Origin: Octopus vulgaris
Taxonomy: Eukaryota
Assembly: GCA_951406725.2 (NCBI GenBank)
Contig: OX597823.1
Span: forward strand, 97,588,001-97,652,000
DNA: 64,000 nt
Direction: 5' to 3'
Shown here: positions 1-11,261 of the stretch, in pieces
Layout: each line of letters begins with the position of its first letter
Numbering within the stretch: the first letter of the stretch is position 1
Translations under genes and position numbers: made by a program
Notes under the pieces: model-generated
What the model was told of the DNA's origin: nothing
What the model saw: the letters and a program-made list of their open reading frames with translations, nothing else
Databases searched by the model: none

Positions 1-441
1 CATTTATACAGAGACAGACACAGACGTGTGTGTGGGTGAGTGGTAAGATTTTGAGCTTAAATGGATGGAAACTCAAACACAATCACAAAGCAAATATCTA
101 AATACTTGTCTTTTGATTATGTTCCAGGATTAACATAGCTAAGTAGATAGTTATCAATTCAGACACACCCAATCACATTCACACACAGTACAATGTTGGT
201 ACAGAAAAATAAAATGAAATCCCGACACATTCACAATACATTTAAAAAAGAACAGTACAATTTCTTATTGGTACAATCAATGGACACAGCACCAGTTAAA
301 TGACCTTAATTCAACATATTACTGGCTTAAATGAACGCACATATACACACACTCACACATACATACGCACACATATTTTGTATTCATATATATATAAGAA
401 AAAAGGTAAGTTGCCCTTAATACTATCTTTGTGGAATTGTC

Positions 442-447
442 TTTATT
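442..447 (-). promoter_or_regulatory. Possible proximal polyadenylation signal in the Rab18 3'UTR
   Basis: AATAAA on the minus strand about 117 nt after the stop. The context is AT-rich, so it may be chance. Confidence 0.25.
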
Positions 448-563
448 TACAAGATTTTTAGGCAAAGAAAACATACACATCCACACACACATGTCAACAT
501 GTCAAGATATACAGCATTGCACACATTCATACATACAAATACACATTCACACATGCCTAATAT

Positions 564-671
564 CTATATTACACAATATCCACTACAAGCTGAGTAAGAT
601 CCTTCTGTGGCACCATTTGTAAGCCTCAGTCCTTGTCTATCAGTTTCCCAGAGTCCTGGTGTCTGGATGAT
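564..671 (-). CDS. RAB18: Rab18 last coding exon (IIQTPGLWETDRQGLRLTNGATEGSYSACSGYCVI*)
   Basis: Acceptor ttcttccag at 672 onward (minus strand). IIQTPGLWE is typical of the Rab18 C-terminal region. TAG stop at 564-566. In frame (phase 0) with exon 7000-7125. Confidence 0.95.
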   Translation of the reverse strand: MIQTPGLWETDRQGLRLTNGATEGSYSACSGYCVI

Positions 672-1211
672 CTGGAAGAAGAAAATAACAATATACTTGA
701 TGAGAATGATTATGTTGAAATACAGAACAAGAAGGGTGGTTAAGCGAAATTTGCTTCCCAACTACATACTTCCAGGTTCAGTCACACTGCATGGCACCTT
801 GGGCAAGTGTTTTCTACTATATCTCCAGGCCAACCAAAGTCTTGTGAATAGATCTGGTGGATAGAAACTAAAAGAAGCCCATCGTATATTACAATCTGAA
901 CTCACAACAATAAGTTACTGGTTCTACAATACCTTTGGACAGGTAATTTACTTCCTATCTTGTGAATTTTCGTTTGTTTACAGTATACATTTGAATAAGT
1001 ACAATAAGTTTGCATTCTGAGGTAAATTAGTGAAAACTTACAGGTGTAATTTCAGGCAAGCAAAAATTTGACAACACGAAAAGGGTTTCAAGGCTATTAA
1101 AGTTAAATGCACCAAATAATGCTGAGACATAAAACCCAGTTCAAGTTTAACATCCAAGCAGAGACTGGATATAAGTAACAGTGACAGGTTTTTGTGGAAC
1201 TTTTCAGAGTA

Positions 1212-2467
1212 TTGGGTTATCCCACAAATAATGTTTTTTTTATACTTCTTTTATACTTAATTTTTCAAAATTTAGATAAACAAAATTTTTTTTTTAAATC
1301 TAAAATATACCCTCCCTCAATAATAAATCTCTGAGCGAGGTATAAACAGTAGCTGCACGACATCATGAAGTATATTTTCCATTTAAATGTGACTAACACT
1401 TATGGGTGGATGCTACTGTAGCTTGTAGCCCCAAGAAGACACCTCTTCCAGCTGGCTATTGACACACTTTCTGTGCCCTATCAGTATTTGCAAAGGGAAG
1501 CCAATAGGAAGGCTGGCTTCCCTTTGCAAATACTGATAGGACACAGAAAGTGTGTCAATAGCCAGCTGGAAGAGGTGTCTTAGTGGGGCTACAAGCTACA
1601 GTAGCATCCACCCATAAGTGTTAGTCACATTTAAATGGAAAATATACTTCACAGTACCCTCCTTCATTTACTACATCTATCTGGTAGACTTCCAAAATTC
1701 AATGGTCCATGACAAATACTCCTCCAATACTGTTCTGACCTCATCTACAGAATTCATATTTTTTCCATTCAAGTGATTTTGAAGACTGCAGAATAAATGA
1801 TAATCAGATAGGGCAATGTCCGGCGAATATAGTAGGTGGGGCACTGTTTCCTATTCAAACTGCTGCAGCTTTTGGAATGTTATCTTCGCTGTATGTGGCC
1901 AAGCATTATCCTGATGGAAGAACACATTTTGTCTTGAAACCAAAGATGGTCGTTTTACTTCTAGCGCTGACTTGAATGACTCATTGAATGACCAAATCCA
2001 AGCTTCTCTGCTAATTCCACAACAGTTACAATGTAATTTTGTTCCACCAGGGTTTGCAGGATGTCCTTGTCGAGCTCTACAGATCTTCCAGGATAAGGCT
2101 CGTCTTCTAAGCTGTAGTTTCCAGCTCGGAATTTCTGGAACTACCATTGACACTGGCTTACACTTATTGTCTGATCCCCATATACTGCATTAATATTCCT
2201 CGCACTTTCTGTTGCATTGTTGCCTTTATTGAACTCTCATAAAGCAAAATATGCCAAATATGCTCCTTTGTCACTTCCATTATAGCTTTGAAAAAATAAC
2301 AGTTAAAATCAAACTGCACTCTTCAAGACTTGCACAAAGAACAAGGACAAGGTAAAATTACTACCTGCTTTTATAGCAAGTTGATGAAGGTAATTTATCC
2401 CACCCCTACCCCACCAACTTTTAGTTCATGCAGTTGAAAAAACCGCATTATTTATGGTATAACCCAA
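1212..2467 (-). mobile_element. Degenerate, internally deleted mariner transposon
   Basis: TIRs ttgggttatcccacaaataatg / cattatttatggtataacccaa with TA on both sides. Transposase remnants: HQDNAWPH, YSPDIALSDYHLF and an N-terminal HTH piece. Confidence 0.9.
1366..1651. repeat. Near-perfect foldback (138-bp arms, 10-nt loop) inserted in the mariner
   Basis: 1366-1503 is the reverse complement of 1514-1651 with about 3 mismatches. Confidence 0.95.
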
Positions 2468-2486
2468 TATATTGTGATTTTTTAAC

Positions 2487-2632
2487 ATTCTGAGTTCAAA
2501 TTCTGCTGAGGTCGACTTTGCCTTTCATCCTTTCGGGGTCAATAAATTAAGTACCAGTTGCATACTGGAGTCAATCTAATCAACTGGTCTCCTCCCCAAA
2601 AATTTCGGGCCTTGTGCCTAGAGTAGAAAAGA
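2487..2632 (+). mobile_element. SINE family B (Meta-domain-like core), 5'-truncated
   Basis: Core gtcgactttgcctttcatcctttcggggtc..aaattaagtacc, shared with many copies in the window. Confidence 0.8.
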
Positions 2633-3361
2633 ATATATTGAGAATTTTGCTCATTCCCACGATTCAGGAACTAAGCAGTGTTGATGAATTTTCTTATCAC
2701 AGACTTAAATTTTATTACAAGTCTCTTTTGGATTGTACCCCTGATCAAGGTGCGTAACTCTGTATGCTTCAACCTGTTGATCACAATGCTGCCACAATTC
2801 AGGTACTGGCAAGCTGGTACATTTATTAGAATGCTAAGCAAAATACTTTATGACATTTCATCCATCTTCAAGTTTTGATTTCGAATTCCACTAAAGTCAA
2901 CTTTGCCTTTCATCCTTTCAGAGCTGATAAAATAAGTACCTGTTGAGCACTGGGGTTGATGCAATCGACTGACCTCTTCTTTTGAAAAGTGCTGACTATG
3001 TGCCAAAATGTAAAACCAATATTAATTTGAACAAAATTGTCAATGCTTCCAATGAAAACTAACACTTACATAGACTGATTGTTAATCACAACAATAACGT
3101 GTGCATACGATGTTCCACTAAATCTGCAATGTTTGAAGACTGATATGTCAGTGATTGTATCATTATCTGATTTATGATGTCCTGTTGATTTATTACATGA
3201 CTTACATTTCTGAGGAAAATAGCCCTTTTCCTTACACTTAGCATTTTCTGTAGTCACTACAACTTACAAAGAAAAAAGAGAAAAATTCTGGGAATCAGCT
3301 GCTGAAGTAGTTTCCTGTTTGGTGTGGTCCTTTGTAACTGTAATAATATTTACAAAGATAT

Positions 3362-3702
3362 CACCTTCACCGACCAGTCCGTCAGGCGTCCATTTGACAC
3401 CGCTGATCACAGCACGCTGTCCACTCCTCTCTGGATTGCACCTTTCTCATCCACGTGATCCCAATCATCCTCCTGAAATTGTAACTCCACCGTCGTGGAG
3501 GCCTTCCAGGTAGTCGTTTCCGCTCGCGCGGGTACCACTCGACAACTGCACGGGTTCACCAATTATCGGTGAGCCGGGCAACGTGTCCAGCCCATCTAAA
3601 CTTGCTGCGTGTATACTCTGCGATGACATCCCTCACACCGGACTTCTTTCTGATGATCTCGCTACTGATATGCTCTCTCAACGAGATACCATAGAAAGGT
3701 CA
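3362..3702 (-). mobile_element. 5'-truncated RTE-clade LINE 3' end with 14-bp TSD
   Basis: Translates ...KFRWAGHVARLTDNW*TRAVVEWYPRERKRLPGRPPRRW... TSD ATTTACAAAGATAT at 3348-3361 and 3703-3716. Confidence 0.9.
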
Positions 3703-4414
3703 ATTTACAAAGATATAATGGTCATAAATGCTTTATTTTTTTCTTTATATTTTTATAGCTGAGTCCAATGCTTGGGCTTGTGACAATATTCTATTTTTGA
3801 ATAGGCTGAGCTTTATACCTGTTGATATTATTCCAGAAATAAAAGTAATCATTATTAAATGCTTTGTATTGTTTAACCAGGAGTAGTACAACTTGAAGAA
3901 ATAGATCCAGGAATTCTGTAAGTCATTGCTTGTATGAGTTTCAAATTCATGTCTCACAAAAACATTATTCACTGGCTTAATGTTGACAACTTTTAGGAAA
4001 TTTTCAAACCTGCATAACCAGTATTTGAGTTCCAAAGAGATTGATACCAACTGAGAAGAAATCATATTAAATCTTTTGGGCTTCCCCTGTAAGTCCAGTC
4101 AGTCAGTCATACAGTGCTTTAAATCTTGGTTTTGTCCCTGTTGACAGGGTTGGCTGGATCTACCTCAATGCTATAGCAAACCACCATCTCGCCATCTTAC
4201 CCTGTTTTGGACATTCTCCCTTCTTAAGCCAACCTTCCCAATTTCCCCTCCACCTGTTCCTCTGTCAACCTTGGTCAAACTAAGGCATCCCCCTCAGAGC
4301 ATGCTCCTCATCCCTCCTCAACACATGCCCATACCACCGCACTTCATTCTCCCTTGCCAGCCATTCCATTGATTCCTCCAACCCCAGCATCTCCATCAAG
4401 TCCTCAGTCATCCT

Positions 4415-4640
4415 CTTATTTCTTTATTGCCCACAAGGGGCTAAACATAGAGGGGACAAACAAGGACAAAGGGATTAAGTCGATTACATCGACCCCAGTG
4501 CGTAACTGGTGCTTAATTTATCTACCCCGAAAGGATGAAAGGCAAAGTCGACCTTGGCGGAATTTGAACTCAAAACGTAGCGGCAGACGAAATACCACTA
4601 AGCATTTCACCAGGCATGCTAACGTTTCTGCCAGCTCGCC
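4415..4640 (-). mobile_element. SINE family B, near full-length, with TSD
   Basis: Head ggcgagctggcagaaacgttagc plus core. Flanked by a direct repeat CCTCAGTCATCCTCTTAT. Confidence 0.85.
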
Positions 4641-5308
4641 TCAGTCATCCTCTTATCAAACAGCTTCACTCCACACATTTCTCTCACCATTACTTTACAA
4701 AGACTTTATTCAACAACTAATGCTACAACTTAACATCTGGTTTAACACAGAATCACAGCAGAGAGTAAAGAAAATAACTTGTGTTGGGATTTTAAATATA
4801 TGTATTAAATACACCATTGCCAAATTTCATTTTGAAAAAGACTCAGCAAATGCAGATGAGGCCAGTCCTGGCAAAAAAGAAGGAGACATTCAGGAAAACT
4901 ACCAAGGAAAACTGAGAAAATACAAACTAGCCTCTGAAATGGGTTGCAGAACAAAGAGGGTGCAAGGAGAAAACTTATGCTAAAATAATTCTGGTTGGTT
5001 ATCTTGGTAGAAGATTGATTGAAATTGAAAGACAAACAAGAAAGGTCAGTCAAGGAATAAAAATAATTGAGTAAGCATGTCTATACAGGTCATGGAGTTA
5101 TTATAGTTTACAGTTATACATTTTATTGGAAATCTTACCTCACACCTATTCCTTTTCTTATTGCTTTAAATATATTAACAATCATCTTATATGAAATCAG
5201 AATTGTGTAGAAATTTGGAAAAGAATGTCCTGAATTCAGTTATGGATTGTGTTAAACTACTTCTCACTAAAACAGAATCATCTTGTTTGTTCTAATGATT
5301 AAGTACTC

Positions 5309-5590
5309 ATCATCATCATCATTTAACGTCCGTTTTCCATGCTAGCATGGGTTAGACGGTTCGACTGGGGTCTGGGAAGCCAGGAGGCTGCACCAGGCTC
5401 CAGTCTGATCTGGCAGTGTTTCTACAGCTGGATGCCCTTCCTAACACCAACCACTCCGTGAATGTAGTGGGTGCTTTTTACGTGGCAATGGCCACGATCG
5501 GTTGGTGCTTTTTACGTGCCACCAGCACTGGTATTACAACTACAATTTCCATTGATTTTTTTTATCGATTTCGATTTCACTTGCCTCAAC
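5309..5590 (-). mobile_element. SINE-like family C with (GAT)n tail
   Basis: Reverse complement of the recurring ...gggcatccagctgtagaaac...catgctagcatggaaaacggacgttaaatgatgatg element. Confidence 0.85.
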
Positions 5591-6084
5591 AGGTTATGCA
5601 TACATGGATAGCTGTATCATCAAGAAGTAAATTCTCTGAGGTTGAAAGGAAGAAGTTACCATTAAACACATAGAAATATACAACTATATGCAATTTTGTA
5701 TCTGCAGTTCAGAATGACATATATCATATGGTGAAAAAACCTGTGAGAAGTATTGAAGAATGTTAGCAAGTGAAAAAGAAACTTAGACTTTTTATATTGC
5801 AAAAGCTTAAAAACAGAAAAAATGCAGAACACAATTAGAAAGAGATAAAACAATATTACTTCATGGATGATTTTGGAGAAACAAGATCAGAGATGATCTG
5901 GCGCTAAACAAAACTAATATCAAAACTCAGTGTATTCAGTCATTGAAATTTAAGTGTCTTAGGCACAATATCTGATCTGAAAGTAATGATTTTTTAAGAG
6001 AGAGGAAAGGATTTGATTTTCCCTTTTCCAAAGTAGTCTGCAATACAAACTTTTTTGTTGTAGCTACTGAAGAGTAAAGGGTAA

Positions 6085-6378
6085 AGACCCTCCCCCGCTC
6101 CATCCTTGCAGTCATGAATGACCATGTGATTACACCTAGAAAGTTCCCTTCTAAGACACACGTCTGGGCAAGGTTGTTTATAGAAGACCTGCAGTTGCCC
6201 ATGCATACCAGCCGCCCCTCTCCATGCCACCAATGTTATCCAAGGGAAAGGCCAATACAGCTTGGCACCAATGGCATTGCAACTCTTTTCTACAGCTGAG
6301 TGAACAAGAGCAACATGAAACAAAGTATCTTGCTAAAGAACACAACACAGTCTGGTCTGGGAATCGAACTCACTACCA
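6085..6378 (-). mobile_element. SINE family D
   Basis: Homologous to 20091-20556 (gtcatgaatgaccatg..cacctagaaagtt..). Confidence 0.8.
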
Positions 6379-6401
6379 CTGAGTTCCACTGAGCCTTGTG
6401 C

Positions 6402-6482
6402 TGAAAATTTACATTACCGTTTATGGGAGGAAAGTGATTGACACTATCACTTTCCTCCCATAAACTGTAGTGTAGATTTTCA
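6402..6482. repeat. 81-nt imperfect hairpin
   Basis: Core gtttatgggaggaaagtgat-tgacact-atcactttcctcccataaac, with further imperfect pairing outward. Confidence 0.85.
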
Positions 6483-6656
6483 CAACAGACTCTGCTAACA
6501 TTTTTAGAAGTGAAAGAACCATACTCAAATTACACCATTTTTAAAGAAGTCTTATTATAATTTAGTGACCCTACTGGTAAAGTACGGTCACTTTCACAGT
6601 GATCATTATGTATATGGCAAATGAAAGACGGAAGATAGAATATGTATGTATGTATG

Positions 6657-6697
<41 letters not shown>

Positions 6698-6999
6698 TAC
6701 ATACATACATACATAGATATAGGCGATCCAGAGAAACTCAAAGTTAAAGTTTAACCAGGATAAGCAGACAAGAGCTGAATTTTTCCAATTGGATGCCGGT
6801 CTATTACAGTTAACACTTCCTATATCTTGGTGGCCCAAGATATGCAAGTGGTGAGGATCTAGACAATTTAGCATGATAGGGAAATAAAAGGGATAAAAAA
6901 AAAAGTACAGGGATGTGATGTATGATATATAAAGTAACAAAAGGACAGAACGATAGATTTCAATATACACACAAAAGAGAGAGAGAGAGTTAGACAGAC

Positions 7000-7125
7000 C
7001 TTTTCAACAAGTTCTTCAAATGCACACTGAACACCTTCTCTTGTCTTTGCACTTGCTTCAATAAACAACATGTGGTGTTTACGGGCAAACTTTAAACCTT
7101 CTTCTTTGCTTACTTCTCTCCTTTC
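7000..7125 (-). CDS. RAB18: Rab18 exon 6 (ERREVSKEEGLKFARKHHMLFIEASAKTREGVQCAFEELVEK)
   Basis: Acceptor ttgtttcag and donor AAG/gtctgt. 126 nt, contains the G5 motif EASAK. Confidence 0.96.
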
Positions 7126-7578
7126 CTGAAACAAATACATTAAGAAAAGTTACTACTATCAGATGGTACAAAGAATAAATTGAGAAGTTAAGTTACACCC
7201 CAAGGCACAACAAATACAGGTAAAATGGTGAAGGAAGAAAATAAAGAAAACAATTTATAATTGGCTAAATTTGGAATTTGTCAAGTTGAGTGTTTGGCTT
7301 CCCAATTATGGTGAATTGTTTAAGCCCGGATAGTAGAAGTTGGTTGCCAAACTTATGTGATATTGTTGATAGTGGAATATGCTGCATCATTTTAACTGAC
7401 AAAGGAATACTGACTACAGCTATTTATGGGGCATTTATATTCATATACACCAAAGTACAATAGCAGACAATTTTCTAAAATTTCCATTATCATGGACAAT
7501 CAAGCAATGGAAGTACTGGCAAATTTATGATTTTTTGATCAGCTATATGTAGTTCAAACCTAAATCATACCCATATTC

Positions 7579-7637
7579 AACTGTTCCAGAGTTATCAAAC
7601 TGTTACTTTACAAGCAACCAAACAGCAGCACTGACAT
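7579..7637. repeat. Exact 59-bp direct repeat, copy 1
   Basis: Identical to 11203-11261. Confidence 0.92.
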
Positions 7638-7964
7638 AAAAATATAGTGCAAATAGAGGATAAAGAAGAACTTCTAGGTAGTGATAGAGAGTGTAGAAAG
7701 CTAGAGATAAATGAAAGTAGTAATATATAAGACTATAAAAAGTTAAGTCGCACATGGAAAAGTGATACATTACAAAGATACATGTAAAACACTGTATTAA
7801 TTACAGACACATCCAAAACATGCCATCATGGAAAAAAGAAACATTAAACTAACAAAGATGGTAAAAACCAGCCAATGAACAAGAATCCTACAATTAAATG
7901 TTGTTGAAAAAGACATCACACACATATACACACACACACACACACAAAAATACAAATATATATA

Positions 7965-8327
7965 TGTGCCAAGAGCACCATCAGAGTGTGATCGTTGCCA
8001 GAGCAGCCAACTGGCTTCCATGCCAGTGGCACGTAAAAGGGCACCATTCAAGCGTGATCGTTACCAAAGTCACCTTACTGATACCTGTGCTGGTAGCATG
8101 TGTAAAAAGGATTCGAACAAGGTCATTGCCAGTACCGCCTGACTGGCCCCTGTGCCGGTGGCACGTGAAAAGCACCCACTACACTCTCGGAGTGGCTGGT
8201 GTTAGGAAGGGCATCCAGCTGTAGAAACTCTGTCAAATCAAGATTGGAGCCTGATGCAACCATCTGGTTCGCCAGCCCTCAATCAAAATCGTCCATCCCA
8301 TGCTAGCATGGAAAGCGGACGCTAAAC

Positions 8328-8360
<33 letters not shown>
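7965..8360 (+). mobile_element. SINE-like family C with internal repeats and (GAT)n tail
   Basis: Family C body with repeated gtggcacgtaaaag motifs. Confidence 0.85.
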
Positions 8361-8361
<1 letters not shown>

Positions 8362-8864
8362 TGTGTGTGTGTTATATTGTTAACATGATTTTTAAAATGT
8401 CAAATGACCAATTGGTCTTTTTGATTACACACACACAAATCAGCATATCTACAATCATGTGCAAGTAAATGATAAGTGATGAGAAAAGTTGAAACTTCAC
8501 ACATCCAGCAGGTGACATCTGAAAATGTGGAGAACGTGAAGATTGAAGATGGTATTTTCACCGATATGTTAAAAATCAAATACGTTTGACAAATTAACAA
8601 ATTAAAGAATGTGTCACAGAGTAACCAGCACTTGTATATAACTAATACAGCCATGTGTCACAGAAAACAGAACTATTAGGTAAGTATACAACATCTAACA
8701 CCAATAAAACTAATACAGCCATACCATTTAGAAATTATTTGACAATGTTATATTTCCAATCAATGAAAATATAATAAACTTGAAAGATTTCAATAATGTC
8801 TTTTGGTTGTTATTTTTTTTGTTACTTCTTTGTCCAAGCATACAGCTCTTCCCCTCCTCTCAAT

Positions 8865-9482
8865 TCTCAAACTATCAATTGGCTCAGTGGAAAGATGAGG
8901 CTTATCCCAGTTTCAACATTGGCGGGCATCCTAACATCTGCAAGAGACTGGCAGCTACTGGTGGATCTTGAGCGTCGGCTGAAGTTCCCTGGCCACATTG
9001 CGGTCACCACCCTGTTACCAGACATTGTCCTCATGTCCGAGTCCACCAAGCAAGCAGTGCTGCTGGAGCTTACTGTCCCATGAGAAGATAGCCTGGCAGA
9101 AGCTTTTGAAAGAAAGCTCTCCAAGCACACGGGTCTGGTGAGTGACTACCAGCAGGCTGGTAGGAGAGCAAGGTGTCTCACAGGAGAGGTTGGATGCAGG
9201 GTTTCACAGCCTGTAACCTGACCAGAGCCTTCAGCAGTTTGGGCATCGAGGGAGTGTGAAGGAGAAAAGCCATCCGCAATACCACTGATGCAGGAGAGAG
9301 GGCCTCAAGATGGTTGTGCATCAAAAGAGGAGAGCCATGGGGTAGCTAGCTGGTCATCTGGACTCAAGCTGGGGTGTGATCAGCCCCAGCTGGGTTACCT
9401 GGAGGAGGGTATATAATGTTGAAAGACCCGAAACAGCTAATGATACTAGGCACATCACTGAAGATGTGTCCAGATGCATCAG
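8865..9482 (+). mobile_element. 3' end of a restriction-like-endonuclease LINE (HERO/NeSL-like)
   Basis: Translates PDIVLMSESTKQAVLLELTVP*EDSLAEAFERKLSK...EVGC, a PD-(D/E)xK-type endonuclease, followed by a 3'UTR ending ...gacccgaaac...catcactgaagatgtgtcc. Confidence 0.85.
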
Positions 9483-11202
9483 TCATTGATGTATGCACAC
9501 AACAATATAACCGAGGCACTCCCTTCTCCACACAATTACTGGATAAGGTACTATCTTCAAGTAAACAACCAAATGGCATTCCTTTACTTTCGTCAGACTG
9601 ATTGATTGGTCAGAACTAGCAAAGAAGTAAGCCTATATGAGCAACATGGCAACTGAAACAGACAACATCAATGAGAGCAATAGCAACAGTAACAAGAACA
9701 TTGATAGCAACAACAGATGAATATTTCTATACAACCAATCAATTTGGAAAGATGAGCAGCAAAAGAAAAGCAAAGAACATAAAGATATTTATGATGGAAT
9801 AGGAAAAAGGTGGGGGAAAGAAGGAATGGTAAATAAGAAAAGAATGCAAATGTAGAAACAAAGAACAAAAATTGCAGGAGTTTCAGAAGGAAAGTGGTGG
9901 GGATGGAGTGATTGAAAAGAAAAAAAAATGTAAAAAAAGAAGAATTAGAAAGGAAGGAAAGAATCAATGTTAAAAAAGAATAAATGAATTTAAAAAAAGG
10001 GATAAAAGAGAAGAAATAGACTGAAGGAACAAAAGATCTAGAAAAAAAATAACAAATATGAGGAATTCAAGAAAACAAATGTATAAATCAAATCCAATAT
10101 TATTCAGCTCCTAGAAACCAAAATTTCAAATGTTCTTCATTCGATTGATTCAGGATAAGAAACCCCCAGCCCCACAATTAATTACATAATGTTTCAGCCT
10201 CAAATTAGTTGTAAATTTTCAAGTGAGGTAAGCTCTCGCTTCAATTTAAATCCCAGTTTGAGACCATTTTCACTTTGCTTATGATTCAAAGAATTGCTTG
10301 AAATGATTAAACTTTACACCTAACAGAATGAGGCAATAAAGAATTCCTGTGGGGTTATAAGCTGTTGTTTAGCTACAAGTCAACTCTGAAAGACCAAAGG
10401 CATTTCAACTATGACTATGATTATGTACCATTCCCCACTAATTTTTATTTTGTTATACAATGTTTCCTTCTTTTCTTAAAAAGGTTTAGTATGATTGGAG
10501 GGAGATTTGGTTGCTATTTCTAGCAAGCTGAAAACCATGTAATAAGACAGTATGACTTGGTCAATCCACACCAGGATGGAAAGTTGACATAAAATGATGA
10601 TGATTAATAAATTACTCAAGAATACAACATAAATCTATAAATATAAAGTGATAAAATAAAACAGAAAGAACAAATATCTAATACCCCATACAAAGAAAAT
10701 ATGTGTACAACGACCTTAAAGTATCTTCTGTGACAAAAATTTGTTTCTATGACTGTTATACGTGTGTGTGTGTGTGTGTGTGTGTCTCTGTGTGTGTGTG
10801 TCTGTGTGTGAGAGAGAGAGAGAGAGAGAAAGAGAGAAATTTCATTGTGCTTAAAATGCACTTCCAGGAAAGTATAAATAGCGTAGTACATAAATGTTTA
10901 TATTTTAATAAGGAATTATTAGGTTTATAGCAGCAGAATTAATAAACCTCGGTGAAGTTAATGATACAGTCACTAAAATATACATATACATACATTGGTA
11001 ACTAAAGGGGACTTAAAATTTAATGATGAAAGACAACACAAAGAACAGAAAGCCTATAAAAATAATGACCAACCTCATTTTACCAAAAAAAACAGAAACA
11101 AGGCTAAAAAGGAAGGATAAGGGCCAAGATTCAGCTAAATTTATGCAAAATAAGATCATCACTGTGATGAATTGTTTTAGATAAATAAATGCAGTTCAAT
11201 TG

Positions 11203-11261
11203 AACTGTTCCAGAGTTATCAAACTGTTACTTTACAAGCAACCAAACAGCAGCACTGACAT
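11203..11261. repeat. Exact 59-bp direct repeat, copy 2
   Basis: Identical to 7579-7637. Confidence 0.92.

Noticed and set aside
447-566. UAG-to-UIG editing or readthrough giving a Cys-rich Rab18 extension ending CLKIL
   Set aside because: The Cys/Val richness follows from TG-rich 3'UTR sequence, and I see no editing-complementary structure or other support.
4354-4983. 209-aa plus-strand ORF
   Set aside because: It runs through a SINE and its TSD (the duplicated SSPQSSSY). No recognisable domain and a non-ATG start.
9425-9470. Hammerhead-like GAAAC ... TGAT/ATCA-CTGAAGA in the HERO-like 3'UTR
   Set aside because: Stem III and the NUH site cannot form properly and stem II pairing is poor.
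9700-10080. Purine-rich tracts (also about 42200-42540) giving Phe/Leu/Ser-rich ORFs
   Set aside because: Low-complexity sequence that mimics transmembrane proteins.
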